A stretch of DNA of 62,277 nt. It comes from Mollicutes bacterium (lineage in GTDB: Bacteria; Bacillota_I; Bacilli_A; RF39; UBA660). Made by a program: the position numbers and the translations under genes. The stretch's first letter is position 1; each line of letters starts with the position of its first letter. The notes below the pieces were generated by a model. The model saw only the letters and a program-made list of their open reading frames with translations, was not told the DNA's origin and searched no databases. Shown here in pieces: positions 10,601 to 21,105 of this stretch. The DNA is taken from positions 1-62,277 of the forward strand of contig JAAZKW010000028.1 in assembly GCA_012799635.1 (NCBI GenBank), in the 5' to 3' direction.

Positions 10601-12255
10601 TAATAATCTTCTTTTCTAAACTCTTCAATACCATATTCGGTCTCAACAGTAGATCTTTCTCGATATATTTCATCTAAATATGAAGAAAGTCTTGAAGCTT
10701 CATCTTGATTTGAAGCAAAAAACCTTACTTGTTTATCATTACTCCAACAATAAGGACTATTCTTAAGCTTACTCCAATAAGGTTCATTTCTCTTATTAGT
10801 AATAATAACTATTTTTAATTCATCATAAGATTGAAAAGCAATTAACTGTAATATAATCCCATCCATAAATCTTTTTAGATTAACCATATTACCTATAAAT
10901 CCATTAATAAATGATTTTCTTAAAGAAATATTAAATGGTACATCAATCAGTTTATTACTATTGTTTACAAGATCTTGTACTTCTTGTTTAAGATTATCTT
11001 CATCTAAACTAAACTGCTCTTTAGGAGCATTAATTACTATATCAGGATCAATATTACCTATTCCAAGTCTAACTGACATAAAATCATTATGTTCTGGTCT
11101 TCTTTCCCATAGATTCCTAGATTTTTGAAGTATAATATTACCAACTACTTCTAAAGTAGGACTATTAATCTTCAAAATACTCTTTTGATTTTCACACTCC
11201 GATTTAATATCATTACCAACTTTAACTAAATATTCATGATATTTTTTTTGTCTTAATTTTTCTAATTTTTTCCTTCGGTAATTTTGATAAGCTCTATTTA
11301 AACTAGGAAAAACAAGCATTGCAATAAGAAAAGTAAGTGCCGTAATAATTGAAGTCATATTTTCTTTAAAAGTTGTTTCTTTTCTTAAAACACCAACTAA
11401 AGCAATAATACCCGAAATTGAAGAACCCATTCCCATTACTAACATCGGGCCTAAAGTTAAAATCGCAGGAATATTTTGATCTGTCTGCTTCGAAGGAGGG
11501 GCATCAATATTTATGGTTTTCGTTTCAATAATTTGACTAAACCTAGGAGGTCTTATAAAATAATCTTTTTCTTCATATAAAACTTCATTTGATTCAGGAA
11601 AATCAGTATTAGTAAAATCAAGCTTATTTGGTTTATGAACTTCAAATTTCTTAGTAACATATTTTACTTTATCATCAACAGTTCCTAAAAGAAGTTTATT
11701 TCCAACAAAAGAAAAAGTAAGGCCTTCGATAAAGATAGCATCCCCATATGATACTGTCGCTTCGGTTACAAGACGATTATTAATATATAAATTAGCATTA
11801 TTATGTAAATTTTTAATATAATATAAACCATTTTTTCTTACAACTTCTAATTGATTATAAAACAAATTAGGATGTTCATATGAAATATAATTGATTTCTC
11901 CTCTTTGTTTATTCGCAGAATTTCCAATATAAAAAGTAAGCTCATCTTTTTCAACAAAATCAAGCATTAGCATTCTACTATCAAATGTTTCCCCAACAAA
12001 AACACGATAAGTTTCTTTAGTAGCATTTTCATAAAAATTATAAAAATGGTTCTGTTTTAACTCAGTAAACTCAATAATATTATTATTCTCAACTATTTTA
12101 ACATCATCATTGCTTTTAATAGTCCATTTACCATCTACACCACTAATGTTAATCAAGTTTTGATTTTGTTCATTAGTTATCCAATAATTACCGTATACTC
12201 TTGGTGGTAATATTAAATTAACTACTCGAGATTTCCCAATTAACTTAACCTTCAC
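7636..12255 (-). CDS. essC: Type VII secretion ATPase EssC (FHA-like N-terminus, TM hairpin, FtsK/SpoIIIE domains)
   Basis: [68 protein letters not shown]; D2 Walker A [8 protein letters not shown]; D3 degenerate; GTG start. Confidence 0.95.
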   Translation of the reverse strand: [1539 protein letters not shown]

Positions 12256-12320
12256 ACTTACTCCCTATTCTCCTATAAGTATATAATAAATAAGTTTAAA
12301 AAACAATATTGATTCTACAA

Positions 12321-12348
12321 TTGACAAATTTTTGTAATGTATTATAAT
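12321..12348 (+). promoter_or_regulatory. Sigma-A promoter of rpsD
   Basis: TTGACA-N16-TATAAT. Confidence 0.7.
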
Positions 12349-12354
12349 AATAGT

Positions 12355-12500
12355 GCAATTTCATTTGGCAGTGTTTTTAAAAATTATAACGTGTTTATGA
12401 AAAATAAAAGTAGCTTTCTGCCTAAAGCGAAATTTAATTTAAACTCCCTATAATTATTTAAAAATATTAACTTTTGTTTTTGTAATATTTTAAGAAAGGA
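12355..12500 (+). promoter_or_regulatory. Long rpsD 5' leader, possible S4 autoregulatory RNA
   Basis: About 160-nt UTR with a GC-richer core (gtagctttctgcctaaagcgaaa); S4 leaders are established upstream of rpsD in Bacilli. Structure not verified. Confidence 0.4.
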
Positions 12501-12512
12501 GATCTTTTAAAT

Positions 12513-13115
12513 ATGGCAAGATATACTGGTCCTACATATAAAAAATCTAGAAGATATGGCTTTTCAACATTAGAAACGGGAAAAGAACTAGCTAAAAAAC
12601 CATATCCACCTGGAGTTCATGGTAAAAGTCGTCGTAGAAAATTATCTGAATACGGTGTTCAATTACAAGAAAAACAAAAATGTAGAACATTATATGGACT
12701 AACAGAAAAACAATTTAGAAAAGTTTTTGAAAAAGCTTCTAAAATGAAAGGTATTGCTGGTGATAATTTATTTATTTTACTTGAAAGTAGAATTGATAAT
12801 TTAATTTATCGCATGGGAATGGCTAGAACTAGAAGAAGCGCAAGACAAATTGTTAATCATGGTCACATATTAGTAAATGATATTAAAGTAGATATTCCAT
12901 CATATACTTGTAAGCCTGGTGATATTATATCTGTTAAAGAAAATAGTAAAAATCATCCTGCAATTGTTGATGCTTTAGAACTTAAATTATCTACTCCAAA
13001 ATTTGTAGAATTTGATGCAAAAAAACTATCTGGTAAATATATTAGAACACCAGATAGATCTGAACTTAATCCCGATATTAATGAACAACTTATTGTTGAA
13101 TATTACAGCAGATAA
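12513..13115 (+). CDS. rpsD: 30S ribosomal protein S4
   Basis: MARYTGP, SEYGVQLQEKQK, LESRIDN, INEQLIVEYYSR. Confidence 0.98.
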   Translation: MARYTGPTYKKSRRYGFSTLETGKELAKKPYPPGVHGKSRRRKLSEYGVQLQEKQKCRTLYGLTEKQFRKVFEKASKMKGIAGDNLFILLESRIDNLIYRMGMARTRRSARQIVNHGHILVNDIKVDIPSYTCKPGDIISVKENSKNHPAIVDALELKLSTPKFVEFDAKKLSGKYIRTPDRSELNPDINEQLIVEYYSR

Positions 13116-13143
13116 AAAAAGAGCAAAATAGATGCTCTTTTTT
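13110..13143. repeat. 34-bp direct repeat copy 1: rpsD last codon, stop and bidirectional terminator
   Basis: agataaaaaaagagcaaaatagatgctctttttt; one mismatch with 16530-16563. Confidence 0.9.
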
Positions 13144-13151
13144 AATTTCTT

Positions 13152-13382
13152 TTAATTTTCGTTTTCTATATTATTTTCTTTTTTATTGATAACACTATTA
13201 TCATCAACACTAACATCTTCTTCGTTTAAATATATTCTTAAAGCATCATTATAATTACTAACTTTATTCCATATTTCTTTTAAATGATAAGATTTTATAC
13301 ATATTTCTTTATAAATATCTAATGCGTCATTAATACCTTTGTTTTTTAAATCATAAACTTTTAACATATTCTTCTTTACCAT
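13152..13382 (-). CDS. Small hypothetical ORF overlapping the end of the large island gene
   Basis: 76-aa ORF with an AAGG RBS-like element; may be a gene fragment. Confidence 0.35.
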   Translation of the reverse strand: MVKKNMLKVYDLKNKGINDALDIYKEICIKSYHLKEIWNKVSNYNDALRIYLNEEDVSVDDNSVINKKENNIENEN

Positions 13383-16300
13383 CCTTCGTTTGTAATCGCT
13401 CTATTTCATCTTTAACAATATTCTGGAATTGTATAAGATGCCTAAAATCTCCCTTTTCTTTTTTCCTTTTTTCTATTTCAATAGTCAATTCTTTTAATAA
13501 AACAGTTAAATGATTATATTTTATAGTATTATCATTAATATTCTTAATACCTTCAATTACTATTTCAAACATTTTTTTGAACCCTTTTGCATTAAAATAT
13601 TTATTATATTCTAAATTACCATCATTATAATCATGACAACCAATAATATTATTAAAATACGTTATTATTAACAAAGATAAATATGAAGGATCTTTCGTTT
13701 GTAATAGCTGTTCATATATTAAATAACATTTATCCATCTCTTTTTTAGCAAAATACAATCTATCTACTATAACAATTGGTAAATTCATATCTTTTGCTGC
13801 TTGAAGTGATTGTTCATAATAATATACACATCTAATTTTATGTGTATCTTCTTTACTTATCTTATGTTCTATTAACATTTCATATACAAAATACGCATCA
13901 TTTGCTTCTTTTAACAATTTTATAACATCCTTGCTTATATTTTTTACTTCAAATTCCTTAATTAATTCTTTCCTAGTCATAAAATTATATTTATTATTTA
14001 TATCATCTATTATGTATATTATATATGAAGGCATCCTTTTTAAAATCTTTCCGTCTTCATACTTCATTCTTTCAATTAAAACTTCATTATGTGTATGTCT
14101 AGTATTATTGATTAGTTCCGAAGGTGTTGAAAAAGCAAAATCTATATTTCTAGAAATATCATAATAATGTTTAAACCAATTGGAATTTGCATCGGTATCT
14201 GTAGACATTAATAATTCCTTTCCATTTAAATTATTGAAACCCAAAATAGGGTAGAATACTCTAGCAGTAGCTATTTGATTATTTCCTATGTAACTACAAG
14301 AGATTCCATGTAAATAAAGTTCTGGCCTATTCCAATCATCTAAAAAGCTGCCTTTTCTTGAATAATCACTATATGCTCCTAAAACATGGATTAATAAATT
14401 AAAATCATCTTTTAAAAGGAATATTTTACTTTGATTATTATTAATACTTCTTAGTCTACCTAAAATTTTTGGATCACCGATTAAACCTTCATTATTATCT
14501 AATTTTTCATCATCTGTTATATAATATAAAGTACTATCATAGAGTTTGGCATATTCATTTCTTAGATAGACTTCTAAATATAGATAATTATTAAAGCTTG
14601 GTAACATCATATCACTAGCACTAAACATAAACATTAATTCTTCAATATCATTACAATTAACAATATCATAAATATCAAACAATATAAGTTTAACGTTCTC
14701 ATCTATTTGTAAATTTAATACAAGATTTTTATCTTTAAAATATCGATTTAATATAAAAAGTGATTCCTTTAAATCAAAACCATATTTTTTTAATAAGAGC
14801 ATATTTTTTAAATTACTAATGTCTTGCGCCTCTTTAATCCTTAATTCATATTGTTTATATTTTTTGGTGATAATTCCTAAAAAATTGTTATCTTTTAAGT
14901 CTTCAATATTTTGAATCCCAAAAAAATTATGGGCTTTTTGTAATATATATATATAATTTATTAATTGCTCATCAGTTACATTTTCACTATTATTAATAAT
15001 TCCTTTATAATATAAAAAATGATTTATCACATTATACGATATTGATGAAGTATCATATGGCATTGTATCAATTATTTTTAACATTCTATTTAATAATAGT
15101 AATTCTCCATTAGTTAAGCTGACTACTTTATACTGCAACTTTGGAGATGTACATATTTTATGAAAATATTTTGAAGAAAAAATATTCATACGGGTTTCTA
15201 ACATTAAAGGATTTAAATAAGAAAGAAGTTCAGAGTCAATTAAAACTAAAGATTCTATTTTTTCTTTTATTTGATATGGATCAATAGCTAAAAAATGAGC
15301 GTATAAAGCTGTAAATTTTTCTACAGGTGTTTTTTCAGGAATTCTATTACGTTTACTATAATTTACAATTTTATTACAAAAATTTTCTAAATTATTATAA
15401 TAACAAATATCCTTAAACAAACCTGAATACAAAAGATTATCTGGTAAGATAAACTCTTTTTTATTTGCCATCCAATCAAACAATTCCTTTTGTTCTTCTT
15501 TAGAAGAATGACATTCAATAAGCGAGGGGTTAAGACGACACACTATATCATACCTTTTTAAATTCATAGCAAGTCTAAAAAATTTCTCGTTATACCATAA
15601 TTTTTCTAGCCATTCATCAGGAAGTTTATCAAATATTTCCAAGATCATTTGCAATGTTTCATCCGTATATGCTTTTTCTTTAAACTTAGTAACTAGATCA
15701 TATCTTTTAAATTCTATTGCTTTTTTTAAAAGTTTATCATTACCGGTTAACCTAGGTGAAGTTTTATATAGGTCCAAAGAAAAAAATGTAACACTAATTG
15801 TTCTCACAATATAATCACCATATTTCTCAACTATATAATCTTCAACGGTTTCGTCACAAATACTAATTAAATCATATCTAAATGACTTTACTAATATTTC
15901 AGAAAACTTTTCAATTTTTTCTACGCTTGCAAATTGAAAGTCCATTCTAAAAGGAACTTTTTATAGATTTTCTGCAATTTCATAACCATATTCTTCTATT
16001 ATTTCATCATTAAATGCATCAAAATAGAAAATACCTAAAAAGAAATATAAACCATTATTTAATATCTTTTTTAAAAATCTTGCACTATATCTTAAATTTT
16101 CTGGTATTGTTATGCCAAGTTTAATGACTTGTTCCATTAATTCATCGGTAAAAGTGTCCTCTTTAGCAAGGTCTAAAACAACATATATTCCATTATCCAA
16201 TGCTATTTTTAAAAAGTTAATGTCATTAATAGCTTTATCATATTTACTAAGTAATTCTTTTCTGCAATAAAAAGGAATTCCTGATAACTCGTATTGATGA

Positions 16301-16419
16301 CAAGTTTCAACTGCTGCAATATAATTGCCAACATCTACATAATCAAAAACTAGATGCCATTTTTTATGCTTTTCATCACTTTCTTGCTGTAATTTTTTAT
16401 AATCTATCTCTTTTTCCAC
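13351..16419 (-). pseudogene. About 1020-aa hypothetical protein split by one in-frame TAA (15961-15963); C-terminal domain with ART-like motifs
   Basis: ORFs 15961-16419 and 13351-15945 are in the same frame and read EIAENL*KVPFRMDFQ; motifs LLIHVLG, GISCSY, HNEVLIER. Confidence 0.7.
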
Positions 16420-16529
16420 TATAAATTCTCCAAAAATACGCTTGTTTTTTTCATAATTCCCATTCTATTATATAATATTATTTTTATTTTTTACCTATCT
16501 ACTACAATTTAATTATATCTTACTTTTGA

Positions 16530-16563
16530 AGATAAAAAAAGAGCAAAATAAATGCTCTTTTTT
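16530..16563. repeat. 34-bp direct repeat copy 2 (terminator of the YfcC-like gene)
   Basis: agataaaaaaagagcaaaataaatgctctttttt. Confidence 0.9.
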
Positions 16564-16581
16564 TATAATTATATATTTATT

Positions 16582-18117
16582 TTATTTTGCTACTGCTTGA
16601 GCAATTGGAATAAATATAATGAATATTGCTATTATGATTAACATAAATAACCAAATATATTTAATCCAAGATTTATAATTGATATCTAAATAAGAAAGAC
16701 CAATTAACAGTAAGCCACTTGTTGGTATAAACATATGAGCTAGTCCATAAGTAATCACATATATTGTATGAGTAATATCTACGTGTTTACCTAATACAGT
16801 AATACCAGGGCCAATTAAATATCCAGTATAACCAAGATCTGCATGGAATATAGATGTAACAAAAGCATTTATGGCAACAATATAAGCATTAAAGTTCTTT
16901 GTTAATCCCCAAGCCCAAGCTGTAATACCAGCGAATATTTGCGTCATATAACAGATAATAAATACTGTATAAGCCATAACATATAAACTTATAGGCTTCA
17001 TCATCTTTTTACAACCATCAGCAAAATTAGAAGCAAAATCGTTTAATTTCATCCTATTAATAATTGCAATTACTAAAGAGAATATTAATAAGATTATTGT
17101 TAAACTTGATATTTCCCATGAACCAGGAACAAGATTTTGACTATCTGCTGAACCAAGAATATACTTAAAAATAGTAAAATCTTTACCAAATTTAAGTGAC
17201 ATAAACCACTCATGAAGTTTTTCAAACCACAAAAGATTAAAATTAGTTTTCCAATCTACAAACCCTATTACTACTATTACAAATAATGCAATTAGAAGTA
17301 CTAGAATTGGCCAAATTTTAGCATCACTACGTGGCATTTCAACAGCAAATAAATCTTCTGCTTTTTCGCTAGCTACATTTTTAGCTTCTTTTGTTTTAGT
17401 TTTTCTTATTCCTTTAACAGCAGGCTTATTAGTTTTTCTTGACTTTACAAGTTTTATAACTACGAACAAAACAAATGCAAGTTCAACTAAACCAGCAAAT
17501 ACTAAACGATATTTTAGTGCTGAAGTTACTGAAAATTGCATATAATTGTTAAACCAGAAAAGACCTTCTGTACCATATGTAGCGCCAATTGTTCCAGCTA
17601 AAATTGAGCCAAAAGTAATTGCCATAGTTGTAGTTTTATCAAATTTCGCTCCTAAAAGCACCGTTACTAACAATGGTATAAATACAAATGTTGGTAATGT
17701 GATTCTAAAAATAGATGTTAAGAAAAATAACAATAACATAATAATAATTGCTGAAGTTATGTAATTTTTTTCAACAGTCTTTGTCATCTTTTTAACTAAC
17801 GTTTGATAACCTTTAGTTTCTTTTAGTACACCATATAGTCCGCCTAAAGTTAATAAGAAAATAATTGTTGATAAACCAAAATATATTGCATATAAATATA
17901 TTATTGGAATATCATTAAGTCCCAGACGACTCATTCCGCTTTCAACAAACTTAAGTCCTTGCATAGTACCATTTGGTAATATCCAAGTTAAAGTAAAGGC
18001 TATAAAAATAAATATAAATATCCACTTATATAAATCTTTACCTTTTGACTTCCAAGTAAGTATTGAAAAAAAGAGTGCTAAAACTAAAACAAGTATTATA
18101 CCTAAAACTTTTAACAT
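16582..18117 (-). CDS. YfcC/DcuC-like multi-pass membrane transporter
   Basis: LTWILPNG, GGLYGVL and PTSGLLLIGLSYLDINYKSWIKY are typical of the YfcC family; many TM helices. Confidence 0.7.
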   Translation of the reverse strand: MLKVLGIILVLVLALFFSILTWKSKGKDLYKWIFIFIFIAFTLTWILPNGTMQGLKFVESGMSRLGLNDIPIIYLYAIYFGLSTIIFLLTLGGLYGVLKETKGYQTLVKKMTKTVEKNYITSAIIIMLLLFFLTSIFRITLPTFVFIPLLVTVLLGAKFDKTTTMAITFGSILAGTIGATYGTEGLFWFNNYMQFSVTSALKYRLVFAGLVELAFVLFVVIKLVKSRKTNKPAVKGIRKTKTKEAKNVASEKAEDLFAVEMPRSDAKIWPILVLLIALFVIVVIGFVDWKTNFNLLWFEKLHEWFMSLKFGKDFTIFKYILGSADSQNLVPGSWEISSLTIILLIFSLVIAIINRMKLNDFASNFADGCKKMMKPISLYVMAYTVFIICYMTQIFAGITAWAWGLTKNFNAYIVAINAFVTSIFHADLGYTGYLIGPGITVLGKHVDITHTIYVITYGLAHMFIPTSGLLLIGLSYLDINYKSWIKYIWLFMLIIIAIFIIFIPIAQAVAK

Positions 18118-18179
18118 ACTTTACCTCCTTATCAGAATTATATCACTACAGGACATAAAAAAAAAGCAAAATTGCTTTT

Positions 18180-18980
18180 TTAGTCTAAAAATTCGATATT
18201 TATGGAGCCAAGACTACCATTTATGTCTATTTTTCTTTTACCATTTCCAATAATGGTACTTTTTTTAATTACTTGATTTTCAACTTTAAAATCACCTAAA
18301 CCAATATCAATATCAAGTTCATAATCATTTTTAGTGCCATAAAGTTTAATGTTTGACGATCCAACACCACATTCAATACTGCTATCGCCTTCTAAGTTAC
18401 CTGTAAAAAACAAAGTTCCTAAGCCAAGTTTAAGCTCTAAATCTTTAAAGGTACAATTATCAATTTTTAAACTACCTGCCCCACCATCAATTTGAGTATT
18501 ATCATAAGTAACAATATTTTTTATATCAACTTTTCCAGCACCCAAATCAAGTTCCAAATCTTCAGTTAATAAATAATCTATTTTTACTTTTCCAGCACCA
18601 GCTTCTATTTCAACTTCTTTAAAAACATAATCTTTTGGTACTGTAAGTTTTAATACATTACCCTTAATTAACTTTAAAGCATTAGAATGCTTCTCTTCAA
18701 CAGATAATTTATTATCTTTTTGTTTAATATTTATATTTTGATTATTAGTTTCAATTTTTATTTTTTCACCTTCTAAAATCATAAGTTCTGTATTTTCAAG
18801 TTCAATATCAATTTCTAAAATATCTTTATCAATTTCAAAAGATTGCATTTTACTTTTATTAGTCTTATTTATAATACTTAAAGGCTTTATCTCTTCCTTT
18901 TTAATAAATATTTTATAACCAATAAAAATAATAAATACAAATATAACTAAACTAATTACTCTAGATAAAATTTTAAACAT
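18180..18980 (-). CDS. DUF4097-type beta-strand repeat protein with N-terminal membrane anchor
   Basis: Repeats IEAGAGKVKI / LDLGAGKVDI / IDGGAGSLKI / IECGVGS. Confidence 0.8.
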   Translation of the reverse strand: MFKILSRVISLVIFVFIIFIGYKIFIKKEEIKPLSIINKTNKSKMQSFEIDKDILEIDIELENTELMILEGEKIKIETNNQNINIKQKDNKLSVEEKHSNALKLIKGNVLKLTVPKDYVFKEVEIEAGAGKVKIDYLLTEDLELDLGAGKVDIKNIVTYDNTQIDGGAGSLKIDNCTFKDLELKLGLGTLFFTGNLEGDSSIECGVGSSNIKLYGTKNDYELDIDIGLGDFKVENQVIKKSTIIGNGKRKIDINGSLGSINIEFLD

Positions 18981-19060
18981 ATATGATTATTCTCCTTTAT
19001 ATAAGTATAATATCATATTATTTATTTTATTTAAATTAAAAACCTTGCTTTTGTAAGGCT

Positions 19061-19936
19061 TTAATTATTTATTTGCTTCATCACTTCTTCAGCAAAGTTT
19101 TCAGATCTTTTCTCCATTCCTTCGCCTACTTCAAAACGACGCATTGTTATAATCGTTCCATCATTATTCTTAACAAATGTTTTAACATCAATACTATCAT
19201 CTTTTATAAAAGGTTGTTCTGCTAAACATACTTCTTGATAATATTTCTTAATTCTTCCTTCAACCATCTTCTTAGCTATTTCCTCAGGTTTTCCCTCTTC
19301 CATAGCTTTCTTTAATTGAACTTCTTTTTCATTATCTAAGATATCACCAGGAACATCTTCAGGAAATACATATAAAGGTTTCATTGCAGCTACTTGCATA
19401 GCAACATCCTTAGCTATATCTTCATTTGCTCCTTCAAGTAAAGCTAAAACAGCAATCTTACCTCCCATATGAATATATTCACCAAAAACTTCATTATCCT
19501 TTTTAGTTATTCTTTCAAATCTTCTTAAAGAAAGTTTTTCACCTATTCTAGCTGTCTTAGCAATAATAAAATCTGCTATACTTCCTTCTTCACATTTAAG
19601 TTTATTTGCTTCTTCTAAAGTTGTTACATCGCTTTTTAAAATAGTATTACCAATAGTATCGATCATTGATATAAACTCTTCATTTTTAGATACAAAATCA
19701 GTTTCACTATTTACTTCTAGAATAACAGCATTATTGCCCTTTATATATATATTAGCAAGACCTTCCGCAGCTATTCTACTTTCCTTTTTTAAAGACTTAG
19801 CAATGCCCTTTTCACGAAGATAATTAATTGCTTTTTCCATATCTCCATTTGTTTCACTTAGTGCCTTTTTACAATCCATCATTCCAGCACCAGTTGTTTC
19901 TCTTAATTCTTTAACTAAATTAGCTGTTATTGCCAT
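19061..19936 (-). CDS. tsf: Elongation factor Ts
   Basis: VKELRETTGAGMMDCKKAL, EVNSETDFV. Confidence 0.98.
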   Translation of the reverse strand: MAITANLVKELRETTGAGMMDCKKALSETNGDMEKAINYLREKGIAKSLKKESRIAAEGLANIYIKGNNAVILEVNSETDFVSKNEEFISMIDTIGNTILKSDVTTLEEANKLKCEEGSIADFIIAKTARIGEKLSLRRFERITKKDNEVFGEYIHMGGKIAVLALLEGANEDIAKDVAMQVAAMKPLYVFPEDVPGDILDNEKEVQLKKAMEEGKPEEIAKKMVEGRIKKYYQEVCLAEQPFIKDDSIDVKTFVKNNDGTIITMRRFEVGEGMEKRSENFAEEVMKQINN

Positions 19937-19946
19937 TATTTCCTCC

Positions 19947-21008
19947 TTACTTTAAAAGCTTTAAAAGATCATCTTTTCTTAGTGAAGAGTATCCCTTAAG
20001 ACCTCTTTCTTTAGCAATTGCTTTTAATTCTACTAAAGTTTTATCACTTAGATTTTCTTTTACTTCTTCCTTTTTAATCTCTTTCTTAGTTTCCTTAATT
20101 TCTTCTTTTTTATCTTTTTCTACTACTTTAATTTCTTCTTTTGGGGCTTCCTTCTTAGCTATCTTTTTATCTGTATCTTCATCAACAAAATCAGTTACGG
20201 TATAAACATCACTATCTTTTTCTTTTTTTACTTCTTCAGAAATATGTTCTTCTTTTATTAATTCTTCCATTGACTCATTTTTATTAATTTTATTTTTATC
20301 ATCTTCGGTAAGATAATCAACCATTTCTAAATTAGTTGCTTCACATATTGCATTAGCCAAAACTCCAAGTAATACTTTAATACTTCTTACAGCATCATCA
20401 TTACCAGGAATTACATGATCAACATCATCAGGATCACCATTTGTATCTACTATTCCAAATACTGGAATACGAAGCTTTCTTGCTTCTTTAATTGCATTAT
20501 ATTCTTTTTTAGGATCAACAATAATTAAAGCTTGTGGTCTTTTATCCATCCCACGAATACCCGCGAATAAACGGTTTAATTTTTCATATTCCTTTTTAAT
20601 TTTAATTACTTCTTTTTTAGGTAATACTTCAAACTTACCACTTTTTTCCATTTCTTCGATTTCATCTAATCTTTTAACACGACGACGAATATATGTAAAA
20701 TTAGTAAGTGTTCCGCCTAGCCATCTTTCTGTTATATAGTAAGAATTACTTCTGGTTGCTTCTTCGATTGCAACCTCTCCACTTTGTTTTTTAGTCCCTA
20801 CAAATAAGAACTTTCCCCCATTAGTTGCAATCGTCTTAATTGCTTCATAAGCCTCTTCTAACAACTTTTGAGTTTTTTCAAGATCAATAATATAGATATC
20901 ATCCCTTGAATTAAAAATATACTCTTTCATTTTAGGATTCCATCTTTTAGTTTGATGTCCAAAATGAACTCCAGCTTCTAATAAATAACTCATAGAAACT
21001 ACTGCCAT
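19947..21008 (-). CDS. rpsB: 30S ribosomal protein S2 with charged extension and C-terminal Rho-N-like helical domain
   Basis: [28 protein letters not shown]; tail [33 protein letters not shown]. Confidence 0.97.
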   Translation of the reverse strand: MAVVSMSYLLEAGVHFGHQTKRWNPKMKEYIFNSRDDIYIIDLEKTQKLLEEAYEAIKTIATNGGKFLFVGTKKQSGEVAIEEATRSNSYYITERWLGGTLTNFTYIRRRVKRLDEIEEMEKSGKFEVLPKKEVIKIKKEYEKLNRLFAGIRGMDKRPQALIIVDPKKEYNAIKEARKLRIPVFGIVDTNGDPDDVDHVIPGNDDAVRSIKVLLGVLANAICEATNLEMVDYLTEDDKNKINKNESMEELIKEEHISEEVKKEKDSDVYTVTDFVDEDTDKKIAKKEAPKEEIKVVEKDKKEEIKETKKEIKKEEVKENLSDKTLVELKAIAKERGLKGYSSLRKDDLLKLLK

Positions 21009-21019
21009 GAAATATCCCT

Positions 21020-21105
21020 CCTTCGTTATAACACCTTAATGCTTCATCCTACATCTTCACCCTTTGGGCACTTGAAGATAATAGTCCACATTAATGTTTA
21101 TTTGC
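21020..21105 (-). promoter_or_regulatory. Probable rpsB (S2) leader RNA
   Basis: Nested stems on the minus strand (ttaatg/cattaa enclosing atcttca/tgaagat) directly upstream of the rpsB RBS. Confidence 0.55.
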
